A stretch of 64,000 nucleotides of DNA from Pristiophorus japonicus (lineage: Eukaryota): NCBI RefSeq assembly GCF_044704955.1, contig NC_091981.1, positions 24,738,001 to 24,802,000 on the forward strand. The letters run 5' to 3'. This document shows positions 49,142 through 63,911 of the stretch, one piece after another. Numbering within the stretch: position 1 is the stretch's first letter; every line of letters begins with the position of its first letter. The position numbers were made by a program, and so were the translations under genes. Below the pieces are notes generated by a model. That model saw nothing but the letters and a program-made list of their open reading frames with translations. It was not told where the DNA came from and ran no database searches.

Positions 49142-50098
49142 GACGTGTCTCCTATCATTTCTCCCCTCTCGGGTACTCGGCCCTCCCAATTCCCTACTCC
49201 AATCCGACAGCTCACCTCCACCTTCCTACACTCATGCCACCATCAGAAGCTTGATCTTAGATAAGACTATAGCTTCCCTCTGTGCCTTGCTTGGCATTCT
49301 CTGAAGAGCCCAACAAGACACTCAATATCCTCTCCTTATGTGCAGCAACTCAAACTATCTCATCCTATTCTTTCGCCAGCCTTACTGCTCAGTGCGAGAG
49401 CTGGGCACTAACCTTTCCAATTTCCATCCCGTCCCACTCACCCCGCCCAATGCTAACCCTGTGGATGATTGCTACGACATCATGGCCTTGACGGAAACCA
49501 GGCTGATGATTGAAGGCGCCTTCCCCCTAAATGAATCTTCCCTGCCTGGCTATACCTTTTATCACTGGCCTCACCCAAACAATTGCTGACGCGGTGTGGC
49601 ATTTATCACCAAATCATACCGTGGTTCGTCTCTGTACTCCTCTGGCACCTTCTCCTCCTTTGAACATCTCACCCTGTTCGACCTCTTTCGTATCCCATTT
49701 AAAATCCTTGTTCTCCACGTCCAGCCAAATACCAAGCCAACTTTCCCACCGCGATATCTTCACTGCCCTCCTCCCTTAACCACTGCATTGAGTGATTTCT
49801 CATCTACAGTGATTTCAAGTACATCTCAACTCAGCATTCTCGCCCAGCTCTGAGTTCACTCCACTCCTATCCTCCCTTAATCTCTCCCTCCATATAAACT
49901 CCCTTACCCATACTCACGGCCACCCCCTCGATCTTGCGGCACCTCAGCTGTTCTCGCTGCTCCCACCGTTTCAATCACAGATCAGGCCATCTCTGATCAC
50001 ATCCTTGTATTGCACACCACCCACTTCCCCCTTTCCCCTCCAAACTCCCCTCAAATTCTCAGCTGTCCCTCCATTCATCACAACATTTCTACAGCTAC

Positions 50099-52860
50099 GT
50101 GTTATGTATTGATGTGTGTATCGTCCTGGTATCTTAAATGTAATGTAAGCACAATGGTATACCACAGAGGGCACTGTGGTGGGAAACCTGAAAGTACCTG
50201 CAACAGGCAATATAAAAGGCTGACCACCACACCTGAGCGGCACTCTGGAGCTGAACAATAAAGGACGAAGGTCACAGCAGTTAGATTTACACCAGACTGT
50301 GTGGCGTCAGTGATTTGTGTGCTACATACACCACATTGGCGAACGAACTCCACGCAACCATGGCTACTCTGGGCTCGCTAAAGGATTTTACCGTGGGCAA
50401 TGATTGGGAGGCCTTTACGGAAAGGCTCGAGTACTACTTCACAGCAAACGACCTGACGGAGGACACGGACGCAATGAGAGATAAGCGTAAGGCGATATTG
50501 CTCTCCAGTTGTGGAGATGAGGTTTACTGTCTCGTCAGGGATTTGCTGGCACCCGGGAGCGCCAGGGACAAGTCATACGAGGAGCTGACTGAACTCATTC
50601 GTGACCAGTTGAAACCGAAGGAGAGCATCCTCACAGCCAGAAACAAATTTTACCATCACTGCAGACCTGAGGGCCAGGATGTCACCAAATATGCTGCAGA
50701 CCTCAGGAGACTCGCGGCGCCGTGTGATTTTGGCGCACACCTTGACGAGGCTTTGCGGGACGTTTTCGCTATGGGGATTGGCCACGAGGGCCTCCTTCAC
50801 AAGCTGTTAGCCACGGAACCCACAGTCACTCTGACAAAGGCCATCACCATCAGCCGGGCACATATGACCTCAACTTGCAGCACCAAGCAAATAATCCACA
50901 CAGTCTCAAACCCGGCAGGCACTGTTCACAGGATAGTGCCCACCACGGACAAAACTGCAGAACGTGGCTCTGCCCGGGGTAGAGAGCACGGACCATAAGG
51001 TCCTGGAACTCAGTGTCCGCCGAGGGGGGTAAATCAAGCAGCACCATGCTGGCATTGTGGAGGAAGCCATGGGGCTCACCGGTGCAGGTTTGCGGAGTAC
51101 ACGTGCAATACCTGTCACACGAAAGGCCACCTTCAGCGTATGTGTAAAAGAAATCGGACTCACCATGTAGCTGAGGAGATGGGGGATGATCCACCATCCA
51201 GCGAAGAGCAGACAGAAGATGATGAGGTGTTGGGACTGTACACGTGAACCGACGATTCGCCCCCAGTGATAAGGGAAGTAAAAATCAACGGAGTCCCTGT
51301 GAGTATGGAAGTGGACACGGGCTCGGGTCCATCGTTGATGAGTCGGAGAACTTTTGATAAACTGTGGATTAACCCAGCTGCACGACCCAAGCTGGTCCCG
51401 GTCACGGTGAAGCTGCGTACCTACACCAGGGAACTAATACCTGTTCTTGGCAGAGCGATGGTGCAGGTATCCCACGGGGACGAGACGCACGGTTTACCTT
51501 TGTGGGTCGTTGCAGGCGATGGGCCGACACTCCTCGGCCGGAGGTGGATGGGAACGGTCCGTGGGAGCTGGGAAGACTTCACCACTCCACAGGCTGCTGC
51601 TCCCCGGGGTGCTGCCGTGCCCCGGGTCCCCAGAGAGCAGTGCCAACCGAGCTGGAGCTGCAGCCTCAATCGACCCACAGGCAAGTCCCAGCCCCGGACC
51701 TCACACAGAGATCCTGCAGCCTCAGCCCCCACAGGCAAGTCCCAGCCCCGGACCTCAAGCCACAGAGATCCTGCAGCCTCAGCCCCCACAGGCAAGCAGC
51801 GCTGCAGAGAGGGGCCTAGTGGGGGGTGGGGGGGTGAGCCGGCGGGGCGCTGCGGGTGGGGTGCGAGGGATCCAGGATGGCCGGCGGATCGGAGGGGCCA
51901 ATGCAGAGGGAGAGTCGGGCGGCGGCAGCAGCTGGAGGTCGGCGGCCACGGCGGACGCAGGAGAGGCCGCTATGGAGGCCACGGGGGGAGGCGGCAAGTG
52001 CGGCCGCTGAAGAGGCCACGACAGCCGCAGGGGAGGCGGCTACGGTGGCCGCCGGAGAAGCGACCACGACAGCCGCAGGAGAGGCGGCAAGTCAGGTGGC
52101 AGCGGAGGGATGGTGGAGGCTGCGGCGGCGGAGGAATTCTGGAGCGGCGGAAAGCAAGATGGCGGTGGCCTCATGTCCAGAGCAGCAGAGCATCAAAAAT
52201 GTCAGCGCCCAAGGCGAAGCCTCGTGGAATCCTCCTGCATCAAAGATGGCGCCTTAAAAAGGAAATGCACTCGGGAGTCTTAAAGGGGCCTTACCATGTG
52301 GTGGTCCCCACAAAGGACTCCTGTAAGGCAGAGCGAGTCTAAAATGAGTTATGTTAATGTGAGATGGCGGATTTATAATAATTAATATTTTAATGCTGAA
52401 TGGCCACTGTATTTGTGTAAAATAATGAATATGAAGCACAATTAATGATAAGAGCTAACAAGGAAATCAGGGATCCGTTACCAGTCAATAACTAGTTTAT
52501 GTACCAGATAACATGTACCATACTAACGCACTGCCTATGCCTACCTGCCTTCCGTTGGACAAATGTGATGTTATGTATTGATGTGTGTATCGTCATCCTG
52601 CGTCCTGGTGGGGGGGAAGTGTGATGTTATGTATTGATGTGTGTATTGTCCTGGTACCTTAAATGTAATGTAAGCACAATGGTACACCACAGAGGACGCT
52701 GTGGTTTGAAACCTGGAAGTACCTGCAACAGGCAATATAAAAGGCTGACCACCACACCGGTGAGACACTCTGGAGCTGAACAATAAAGGACGAAGGTCAC
52801 AGCAGTTAGATCAACACCAGACCGTGTGGAGTCAGTGATTTGTGTGCTACATACACCACA
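50099..52860 (+). mobile_element. Duplicate of the gag-protease-only LTR element
   Basis: Same LTRs and CTAC TSD. The gag N-terminus is in frame here (MATLGSLKDFTVGNDWEAF, ORF 50315-50998). Confidence 0.92.
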
Positions 52861-53805
52861 CTACTTATCTGCTCAATCACACCCTCACCTCCACCTTTGA
52901 TGTTCTTGTCCCCATTTAAATCATTACTGCATTACTGTCTTTCACCCTGGTTATTCTTCCTGGTATGGTCCTAACCATTGCTCCATTAAGTCCAAGGGAT
53001 GCAGACTTGAACTTTTATGGAGGACAAATGGTTTTGCTATTCATTGTCAGATCTGACTGCAATGCATAAAGCATTATCGCACCCTTCTCTTCTCTGCCAA
53101 AAATGCTCACTTTTCCAGGATCATCTTGGATTGCAATGATAACCCCTGGCTTCTATTTTCCATGACAAATAGTCTCCTTAAATCCCTCTCCCTGCCTCTT
53201 CCACCCTCATCTCCAGTACCAAGTGCGAGGACATCATGGACTTCTCGGTCATGAAAATTGAGACGATCCATTCAGCCGCGTCTGCCGCTTCCGTCCCTTC
53301 ACCTAGCTCACCAGGACAAACTTCACCTATGGGTTCCCACTGACCTAACCCTGAATATGCAACTTTCTCTCTATTGACTCCAATGTCTCTTCATGCCCCC
53401 ACCAAGCTCACCTTGTCCTTGAGACCCAAATCCTACTCACTCGAGCCCTATTTTCACCAAGTTGATGACCACACAACTTTCTTCCTGGCCCCCATATTAG
53501 CTGATATCGTTAAATCTCCTTAGGTACTGTCCCCCACCCCTTCAAATCTGCTGTCATCACACCTCTCCTCGAAAAAATCATCCCCAACTCCTCTGTCCTT
53601 GCAAACCATAGACCCATCTCCAAACTCCTTTGCTCTCCAAAATCCTTGATTGTGCCACCACCTCCTAAATCCATGCTGATCTTTCCCGATCTCAGCCCTC
53701 CCAATTCCCTACTTCAGTCCAACAGCTCATCTCCACCTTCCTTCACTATCACAGGCTTGACTGCATCTTAGATAAGCCTACAGCTTCTCTCTGTGCCTTG
53801 CTTGT

Positions 53806-56800
53806 TGTAAAGTCCTGTCCCCTCAGTACAGATTCACACGAGTCATGTAGTGAAGCCAAGGTTTATTTCACAGTTCTGGAATGCTGCACTTGCCTGAGAC
53901 CTGTCCTTATATACCTGTCTCTTGCAAGTGCACCCCTGGTGGTAAGGTATGCTGGTGGTTACAGGTCTTATCTTATTACAGTCATGTATAGCATGTTAGG
54001 ATACAGTTATATATAATAATGTAAGATACATGACATCACCCTCCCCCAAGGTCTTATTGTCTTTATAGGTTCAGTCTTTCAGGTGGTCTACGCTCTCGCG
54101 TGGAGCGTCTGAGGTGTGGTTCAGTTGTTTGCCTTGGTGTCTGTTTTTCTTTGGGTGTGGTTGCTGGTATCTTGCCTGGGCTGTCTGTTTCAATTGGTGT
54201 GATTGTTGTTGACTCGCCTGGGCTGTCTGTTGGGATTGCCCTTTCCTCAGGTTGTTCCCTCTGTCTGTCCACCAGGTGTGGTGTGAGTTCCACATTGTAG
54301 TCTGCCTCTGGTTCTACAGTGTTGTTGGTAAATCTGCTTTTGACTTGGTCAACATGCCTCCGGCAGGTTTGGCCATTGTCCATTTGTACTACCAGTAGCC
54401 TGCTTCCTTCCATAGAAACATAGAAACATAGAAAATAGGTGCAGGAGTAGGCCATTCGGCCCTTCTAGCCTGCACCGCCATTCAATGAGTTCATGGCTGA
54501 ACATTCAACTTCAGTACCCCATTCCTGCTTTCTCGCCATACCCCTTGATCCCCCTAGCAGTAAGGACCTCATCTAACTCCTTTTTGAATATATTTAGTGA
54601 ATTGGCCTCAACAACTTTCTGTGGTAGAGAATTCCACAGGTTCACCACTCTCTGGGTGAAGAAGTTCCTCCGCATCTCGGTCCTAAATGGCTTACCCCTT
54701 ATCCTTAGACTGTGACCCCTGGTTCTGGACTTCCCCAACATTGGGAACATTCTTCCTGCATCTAACCTGTCTAATCCCGTCAGAATTTTATATGTTTCTA
54801 TGAGGTCCCCTCTCATTCTTCTGAACTCCAGTGAATACAAGCCCAGTTGATCCAGTCTTTCTTGCCCGTTAATGTCCCTGCAAGCCATTTGGGACCCCTG
54901 CCATAGTTTAGTACAAACACTTTGTCCCCTATCTCATTCCATCTCCTCCTCGAATTTCTGTCATGGTACTCAGTCAGCTTACGGCGCTTTGCCTCAACGA
55001 TTTTGTGCATGTCTGGGTGGATTAATGAGAGCCTTGTTTTTAAAGTCCTTTTCATCAACAGTTGCATGGGGGGAATCCCAGTCAATGAGTGCGGACGAGA
55101 TCTGTATGCCAGCAGCAGTCGCGACAGGCGACCCTGCAGTGTGGGACCTTGGATTTTAATCATGCCTTGTTTAATGATTTGCACTGCTCTCTACGCCTGG
55201 CCGTTGGAGGCCGGCTTGAACGGTGCCATCTTGACGTAATTTATGCCGTGATCAATTATAAAATCTTGGAATTCTGCGCTGGTGAAGCACGGACCATTGT
55301 CACTGACCAATATGTCAGGGATTCCGTGCGTTGCAAACATGGTTGCGAGGCTATTCTCAGTGGTGGAGATTGTGCTCGAGTTTAAAATGGTGCATTCATC
55401 CATTTTGAAAATGCATCTACAACTACGGGGAACATTTTGCCCATGAATGGGCCTGCATAGACTATGTGCACCCACGACCATGGTTTGGTAGGCCAAGGGC
55501 TCAGGGGAGCCTTCCTGGGGCATTGCTGAGTTAGGCACAAATGGTGCACCATCGGACGCAGAGCTCCAAGTCCGCGTCAATACCAGGTCACCAGACGTGG
55601 GATCTGGCTATGGTCTTCATGAGAACGATCCCCGGGTGCTCGCGGTGGAGCTCCCGGACAAATGCCTCTCTGCCTCCCAGAGGCATGACTACTCGGCTGC
55701 CCCACATCAGGCAGTCCGCTTGTAGTAATAGCTCATGCATGCGCCTGTGAAAAGGTTTGAATTCCTCGGGGCAGGCATCGTGAGCCTCTGCCCAGTCACC
55801 GGTCAGGACACATCTTTTTACTAATGATAACGTGGGGTCGCTGGCTGCCAGGCTCTGATTTGGCGAGCCGTCATGGGCGAACCTGTGGACTCAAAGGCAT
55901 TGATTGCCATGACTATCTCACAGTCCTGTTTGTCAGACCCTTCCGTGGTCGCCAGGGGTAGCCTGCTAAGCGCGTTGGCACATTTGTCTGTGCCTCGTCT
56001 GTGCCTTATGGTATAGTCGTAGGACGCCAGCATGAGTGCCCGCCGTTGAATTCGCGCCGAGGCGTTGGCGTTTATTGCCTTGCTCTCGGATAGGAGGGAC
56101 GTGAGGGGCTTATGGTCGGTTTCTAACGCGAACTTGGCCCTGAAAAGGTATTGGTGCATCTTTTTGACACCGTACACGCACGCGAGCGCCTCCTTCTCTA
56201 CCATTCCATACCCGCACTCCGCCCACGAAGTGACCTGGAGGTATAAGCTATGGGTTGTAATTTACCCGCACTATTGACATGTTGTAAAATGCACCCGACC
56301 CCATACGCTGACACATCGCATGTGAGAACTAGCTTTTTACCTGGATCAAAGAAAGTCAAAACACTGTTGGAACACAGAAGGTTGCATGCCTTATTGAAGG
56401 CGCGTTCCAGGGCGTCCCCCCAAAACCAATCGCTCCCCTTCCTGAGTAGCACATGGAGAGGCTCCAGCAGCGTGCTTAAGTTCTGCATAAAGTTCCCAAA
56501 GTAATTGAGTAGCTCGAAAAAGGCGCGCATTTCTGAGACATTCCGGGGCCTGGGTGCCAGGCGAATTGCTTCTGTTTTGGACTCTGTTGGGCGGATTCCA
56601 TCAGCGGCAATCCTTCTGCCCAAAAATTCAACCTCGGGTGCGAGAAACAGGCACTTGGATTTCTTAACTCGTAGGCCTACCCAATCCAACCGCTTTAGTA
56701 TTTCCTCCAAAGTACGGAGATGGGAGTCGGTGTCCCTGCCCGTGATAAGTATGTCATCTTGAAATACAACCGTCCCCGGGATGGACTTGAGCAGACTCTC

Positions 56801-58448
56801 CATGTTGCGCTGGAATATGGCAGCTGGCGACCTGATGCTGAATGGGCATCGATTGTACATGAAAAGGCCTCGATGTGTGTTGATGGTGGTGAGTAGCTTG
56901 GATTCCTCGGTCAATTCTTGCGTCATATACGCAGATGTGAGGTCTAATTTTGAGAAAAGTTTACCTCCAGACAATGTAGCAAATAAGTCCTCCGCTCTGG
57001 GCAGCGGGTACTGGTCCTGTAGGGAGACTCTGTTTATGGTAGATTTGTAGTCCCCACAGATTGGTACGGATCCATCAGGCTTCATGACTGGGACGATGGG
57101 ACTTGCCCAGTCGCTAAATTCCACAGGTGATATAATGCCTTCCCGCAGAAGCCTGTCTAGTTCGTGTTCAATCTTTTCCCTCATCACATAGGGTACAGCT
57201 TTGGCTTTGTGATGGACCGGTCTAGCATCCTGTGTGTTGTAGATTTTGACTTTGGCCCCTTTGAAAGTGCCCATACCTGGCTGAAAGAGATGTTCAAATC
57301 ACTTCATAACTGTTGAGCAGGAGGTCCGTTCCTCTAACGACATGGCATGGACATCATCCCATTTCCAGTTTAGTTTTGCCAGCCAGCTTCTCCCCAGCAG
57401 TGCTGGGGGGTCTCCGGGGACAATCCACAGGGGAAGTCGGTTCACTGTCCCTTTGTGTTTGACGGAGAGCATGGCGCTGCCGAGGACTGATACGATTTCT
57501 TTAGTATAGGTCCTTAGCTTGGTGTCGATCCTTGTGAGTTTTGGTATGTCTCTTTTATGCGGCCACAATTGTTCAAATTGTTGAGCGCCCATGAGAGATT
57601 GACTCGATCCCGTATCCAGCTCCATGTTGACAGGTATCCCGTTGAATAGGACCCTCATCATTATAGGAGGTGTCCTGTTGTAGGAGCAGCGGCCATTGAT
57701 CGTGTTGACCCGCTGTACATCGGTGTCCCGGGTACTGTCCCCACCGTCTTCTGGTCCGCTTTCCGACCCATCCGATTCGTATACCAGCCGAGCTGTCGTT
57801 TTTTTGCACATGCGGGCCAAATGCCTGTATATTCACAGTTCCTGCAAACAGCCTGCTGAAATTGACATCCCCTTGACAAGTGCCCACGCCCACACCTCCA
57901 GCACAGACCGCTTCCATTGTTTCCAAAGAATGAGCTGCGTCTGGCTGATCGCTCTTGAGCTTCTCTCAGTTTGTAGTTGATTGCTCGCATTGTGGGTTGA
58001 TGAAGTGTGAACGGCCGTCCCTGTGGCCCTTGATGGCTTCTGTCGCCATTGCCTGCCGTCGAGGGCCTGCTCTCCCGCTTTTGTCTGTGTGAGGGGGTAG
58101 CAGCTTGTTTCATGCTGTGAACTCCTTTTTCCGATATTTCGTTAGTTGTCATACCTGCATTGTAAATCAACCTCGTTTCTTCTTCCCCTGCCAAGAATGT
58201 CTGTGCAACCAGTGCTGCTGCCTCTAAGGTCAGGTTCTTGGTCTCTATGAGCTTTCGGAATATGCCTGCGTGGCCTATTCCTTCAATGAAAAAGTCTCTC
58301 AGCATTTCTCTCCTCAGTTTCATCGGAGAACTCACATAAACTAGCCAACCTCTGAAGTTGCGCCACAAAGTCGGGTATGCTCTGGCCCACACAGCATCTG
58401 TAGTTGTAGAACCTGTGTCTGGCCATGTGTAAGCTGCTCGCTGGCTGA
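53806..58448 (-). mobile_element. Duplicate of the 5'-truncated Gypsy element, interrupted by a CR1
   Basis: RT at 56198-57274, protease at 57299-57820 and integrase at 54063-55580. Confidence 0.95.
54411..54860 (-). mobile_element. 450-bp 5'-truncated CR1 insertion specific to copy B
   Basis: Has a (CATAGAAA)n tail and is absent at the equivalent site 5770/5771 (tgcttctttc|cttgccc). Confidence 0.96.
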
Positions 58449-58808
58449 CCTTTGAAGCATGGCATTGGTCACCTGAGTGATGCATCTGTGGACGGCCGAC
58501 TGCGAGATGCTGCAAATGTCTGCTGCAGATCCCTGGAAGGAGCCTGAGGTGAAGAAGTTGAGGCCCATGGTGAATTTGACAGTCACTGGTAAGGCATGTC
58601 CACTAGGTTCTCTGGGCAACAGGTCTTGTTCCAGCAAGCTACAAATATCTGCGTTGAACTGGCATAATAGCCTGAGCCTCAGGTCGGTGAGGAGAGACTG
58701 CTGGTGTAGTTGCTGCAGCTGCTGGTGTGGCTGGTGTTGCTGGTGCTGAGACTCACCGTGGTCCAATTCTGAGGATCAAGGTGAGACAGCATAGTGGCAC
58801 CCATGCTG
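58449..58808 (-). mobile_element. Duplicate Harbinger transposase fragment
   Basis: ORF 58341-58766 matches 9253-9678. Confidence 0.88.
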
Positions 58809-59792
58809 ATCTAATAGATGCCAGGTAACGTGGAGATCAGAGGCACAATCCTCCAGTGTACTGAGAGTGACTAGCAATGTGGTGAGAGTAGCTTCCTAGG
58901 TTGCAGAAATGACCTGTGAACTCCTGAAAGTGAAATCTCTGAACAAAATGGTGTCAGCCAGAGCCTTCCGCTTAGGCAAGGTGTGAGTATTTATGTGTTT
59001 TTTCCAGCTGTCACTTAATGGACTCGCACAATGGCCACCGAGCTCCCGCCTCCCCTGCACAGACGATGTCCCGAGGGGTATGAGTAGCTTATCAGCGGGT
59101 ATAGCTTCTTGTGGGGTATTTTTCTGCAATGACAATTACAATAGAACTTAAATGCTGAGTTTTACAGAGTGCAATTTTTTAGCCAATCCAATTTTGCCAG
59201 TTCTCTGTCCGAAAACAAAGCAGCAAAGGTGGGGTGAAGGGTTGGAAATAAAGGATTAAAAACATATTTATTTTTGTGTTTAGATGACCTGCTCTGTTTG
59301 AAACGTTGACCAAGATCCTTGCTTTTGAGTTTTAAGTTTCAAAAGAACTTTTATTGGAATAAAAAATAGAAAATACTGGATCATTAAATGCAAAAGAATG
59401 GTGATTAAAGGTATGTTAGATGAACGCATTTTACTTGTTAAATCTTCTGTAACCACCCCCCCAAAAGAAATTCAAATAAAAATATCGATTAAATGAATAC
59501 AAAATGTGGTTCAGTGATTTATTGTTTTGGAATCTGTAAAGATAGATTGATCGCTTTCTGATTTAAAAGATTGAAATCTTTTTTCCTTATTTTGTATAAA
59601 GCTCTATTTGCAATGTAGACCAAAATCCCTGCTTTTGGGTTTTTAATTCCAAAAGAATTTTGCTTTTAAAAAATAAATAGAAAATCCTGGCAATAAATAA
59701 TAGTCCAGATTTACCAATTTTAGGCATAGGTATGGTGCTACAGATTTAAAAACTCTGGGCAGTTAATTAATCAGCACCTAAACACATATTAT

Positions 59793-60418
59793 GGGCTAGA
59801 ATTTCCATAAAATCCACCACCGCCGGATTGCCGTCCAAAAAAACGCTACGATTATTAAATTAATGCTGATGAAAAATTGCACAAAAGAGGAAAAAATTCT
59901 GCCTGGCGGGAAAAATGGGACTTACATGCAGATTCTGGGTGGAAAACACAATCCTGGGCAAATTGGGCGGTTCTTTATCAAATTGGTCGTTACTTACTCA
60001 AATATAGTCCGAGGCTGCGGTTTGGGCCTAGGGAGGGGGGAAAACACAAAAAATATTTTTTCCAAAAAACCAAAAATCAGAAAACATTCCCAGGACCCTT
60101 TTCCACTTAATCGCTGTAAAATGAATTTTAAAACAATTTAAAAAACACTTTAACTTAACTTTTTTTGCCGGGTTTCATACCAACTACCCTGGCTGGTTTC
60201 TCGTGGGCATTTTTTTCCTACTCACCTACGGGTCACCGCTGAGACCAAACGTGAATGGTGGGGTTTTTTTCGGCGGTGCACGCTAGCGGTCCGCTCCCCA
60301 ACAGTATTTCGAGACCGCCGGCGGAACTCTTTGTGGAAATTCTCGCCGGGTGGTTTCTCGGCGAAAACGAGCATTACCACCGAAAATCCCGGTGGAAATG
60401 GTGTGGAAATTCTAGCCC
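59793..60418. mobile_element. Duplicate Harbinger-type MITE
   Basis: Same TIRs as 10706-11331. Confidence 0.85.
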
Positions 60419-60450
60419 AAAGACAGGTTAATTTCATCAGAATATAAAAT

Positions 60451-61479
60451 CTAACATGGGAACAGGAGTAGGCGATTCTGCCCCTCGAGCCTCTTCCACC
60501 ATTCAGTTAAATCTGTATCTGAATTCCATCTAACCACCTTGGTTCCGGAACCCTTAATACCCTTGCCTAACAAAAATCTATCAATCTCACTTGTGAAGTT
60601 TTCAATTGACCGAGTCTCAACAGCTTTGTGGGGGAAGAGAGTTCCAGGTTTCGAGTACCCTTTGAGTGAAGAAGTGCTTTCTGACTTCACCCCTGAACAG
60701 CCTAGCTCTAATTTTAAGGCAATGCCCCCATGTGGACTCTCCCACCAGAGGAAATAGTTTCTCTCTATCTACCCTATCAAATCCTTTAATCATTTTAAAC
60801 ACTTCAATTAGATCACCCTAAACCTTCTATATTCAAGGGAATACGTCTAGTCCATACAGCCTGTCCTCATAATTTAACCATTTAACCGCGATATAATTCA
60901 GTAAACGTGTGCGTAACCCCCTCCAAGCCAAGATATCCTTCTTGAAGTGCAGTGCCCAGAACTGAATGCAGTGTCCAGATGGGGTCTAACCAGAGCTGTA
61001 ACATAATTCCCACCCCTTTATAAGTTAAAGGCTAACATTTCATGTCTTTTTAATTATTTTGTACCTGTCCAATATCTTCTAGTGATAGGAACATAAGAAA
61101 TAGGAGCAGGAGTAAGCCATTTGGCCCCTCGAGCCTGCTCCACCATTCAATAAGATCATGGCTAATCTGATCTTGGCCTCAACTCCACTTCCCTACCTGC
61201 TTCCCATAATTCTTGACTCCCTTAACATTCAAAAATCTGTCTATCTCCACCTTAAATGAATACAATGATCCAGCATCCACCACTCTCTGGGGTAGAAAAT
61301 TCCAAAGTTCACCACGCTCTGAGAGAAGAAATCCCTCCTCAATTCCGTTTTAAATGGGCAAACCCTTATTCTGTAAATATTCCCCTAAGTTCTAGATTGG
61401 CCCACGAGGGGAAACATCCTCTCTGCATCTACCCTGTCAAGGCACCTCAGAATCTTATACGTTTCAATAATTCACCCCC
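60451..61479 (-). mobile_element. Duplicate pair of CR1 3' fragments
   Basis: Matches 11364-12392. Confidence 0.85.
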
Positions 61480-62522
61480 TTAGTCTTTTAGCAGGTACTG
61501 AAAAAGATGATTTTGATTTTCCCTTCCAATACAATTGAAGAATCAGCTTGAGCAAGAGAACAGCAATTCATGATTCACAATAATGAGCCCATTCGCATGA
61601 GGGGAAATCACCGCAATATTTGCCAAAATCTTCAGCTACACAAGTGTTGGAATGCTGGGTGCACCTGCAGCTTTGACTATAACCAAGCCAGGCCCTACTG
61701 CACACTCAGTGTAACTATCTGTCACAGGTCTATATTCAAGGGGGTTACAGTTTTGGGGGCTGTGTCATTATTCTCTGTAACAAAGCCAGGCCCTACTGCA
61801 GGGGTTCTGAACGTGGCGGGACAAATCGGATTCGGAACTCAAGAGCAAAAGCACCCAACTGCAGTGGCCCAGAAATGCTGACAGATGAACTGAATATCAA
61901 TCACCAAGGCAAGGTGACTGGTGCACCTGCGGATGGCAGCTTTGGTGCTTGTGATTTGAGCAGGTCCGCCTCGCTAGGTCTCTGGGTCCGCCACCCGGCT
62001 TCCCGGTGACCGACCAGGCAGTTTCCGTTATCTCTGGGCACACCTTCGCCCAGGCGAGCACAGATGACGCACCCGAGTGACAGTGGGTGGGTGACGGGCC
62101 TGCAGATTTATCAGTCTGAAAGCAATCTCGTGCTTTACTGCTGTCCCTGCGTCCTGGCAAAGGTGTAGCCTCACAGGCTGGGTACTGCCCTCCCAATCTC
62201 AGCAAGCCCTCTCACTCGGCTCAGCACTGAAATCGCCATTTCACCCTCTTCCCTTGCTCGCTCGGGGCCAGTACGGCCAAACAGAACGAACACCTGGGGG
62301 CAACAGACCCCTTCAGTGACAATATTGAAATTATACTGCCACCCTCTGTCCCATCAAAGCTATTAGACCTGTCATTGACAAGTTTCCCATGAAGTAATTA
62401 AAATAAAAATAATAAATATATATGTTTAATTGTAAAATTAATTTTTATACAGAAAAAATACTTATGTTGTCTTATAGGGAGTGGGTGGGATTTTTATAGC
62501 ACATGGGAGCCTCAGAAGCAGA

Positions 62523-63767
62523 AAGGTTCTTTGAGGATGTACCGAGCAAGGTGGATAAGGGGGAACCAGTGGATGTGGTGTATTTGGATTTCCAGAAGGC
62601 ATTTGATAAGGTGCCACATAAAAGGTTACTGCACAAGATAAACGTTCACGAGGTTGGGGGTAATATATTAACATGGATAGAGGATTGGCTAACTAACAGA
62701 AATCAGAGAGTTGGGATAAATGGGTCATTTCCTGGTAGGCAAACAGTAACTAGTGAGGTGCTGCAGGGATCGGTGCTGGGTCCTCAATTATTCACAATCT
62801 ATATTAATGACTTGGATGAAAGGACCGAGTGTAATGTAGCCAAGTTTGCTAATAATACAAAGATGGGTGGGAAAGCAAATTGTGAGGAGGACACAAAAAA
62901 TCTGCAAAGGGACATAGACAGGCTAAGTGAGTGGGCAAAAATTTGGCAGATGGAGTATAATGTGGGAAAATGTGAGGTTATCCACTTTGGCAGAAAAAAT
63001 AAAAAAGGAAATTATAATTTAAATGGAGAAAAATTGCAAAGTGCTGCAATTCAGAGGGACCTGGGAGTCCTTGTGCATGAAACACAAAAAGTTAGTATTC
63101 AGGTACAGCAAGTAATCGGGAAGACAAATGGAATGTTGGCCTTTATTGCAAGGGGGATAGAGTATAAAAGCAGAGAAGTCCTGCTACAACTGGACAGGGT
63201 ATTGGTGAGGTCACACCTAGAACCCTCCATATTTAAGGAAGGATATACTTGCTTTGGAGGCTGTTCAGAGAAGGTTCACTAAGTTGATTCCAGTGATGAG
63301 GGGGTTCACTTATGAAGATAGGTTGAGTAGGTCAGCCTATACACATTGGAGTTCAGAAGAATGAGAGGTGATCTTATCGAAACAGATAACATAAAGTGGG
63401 GGCTCGACAAGGTGGATGCAGGGAGGATATTTCCACTCATAGAGGAAACTAAAACTAGAGGATAGTCTCAAAATAAGGGGCTGCACATTTAAAACTGAAA
63501 TGAGGAGGAATTTGTTCTCTCAAATGGTTGTAAATCTATGGAATTCTCTGCTCCAGAGAGCTGTGGAGGCTGGGTCATTGAATAAATTCAAGGCGGTGAT
63601 CGACAGATTTTTGAGCGATAAGGGAATAAAGAGTTATGGAGAGTGGGCGGGGAAGTGGTGCTGAGTCCATGATCTGATCAGCCACGATCTTATTAAATGG
63701 CAGAAGCGGCTCGAGGGGCCAAATGGCCTATTCCTGCTCTTATTTCTTATGTTTATATTTCTTATGT
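62523..63767 (+). mobile_element. Duplicate 5'-truncated CR1
   Basis: ORF 62503-63282 matches 13420-14199. Confidence 0.95.
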
Positions 63768-63772
63768 AATCC

Positions 63773-63911
63773 TTCTCTTCAGTTGCAAACCCTGGTCATT
63801 CGTTACTTTCTTGATGGTCTTATTATACTAAAATCCTTCTGAACATCTATGTTTTGTATTCATTTTTCTTGAAGTTTTAAATAATGGAGGACCAGAGCAA
63901 GGCAAATTACT
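63773..63911 (+). pseudogene. Duplicate serpinB exon-2 stub (ATG 63884)
   Basis: Matches 14690-14828. Confidence 0.85.
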
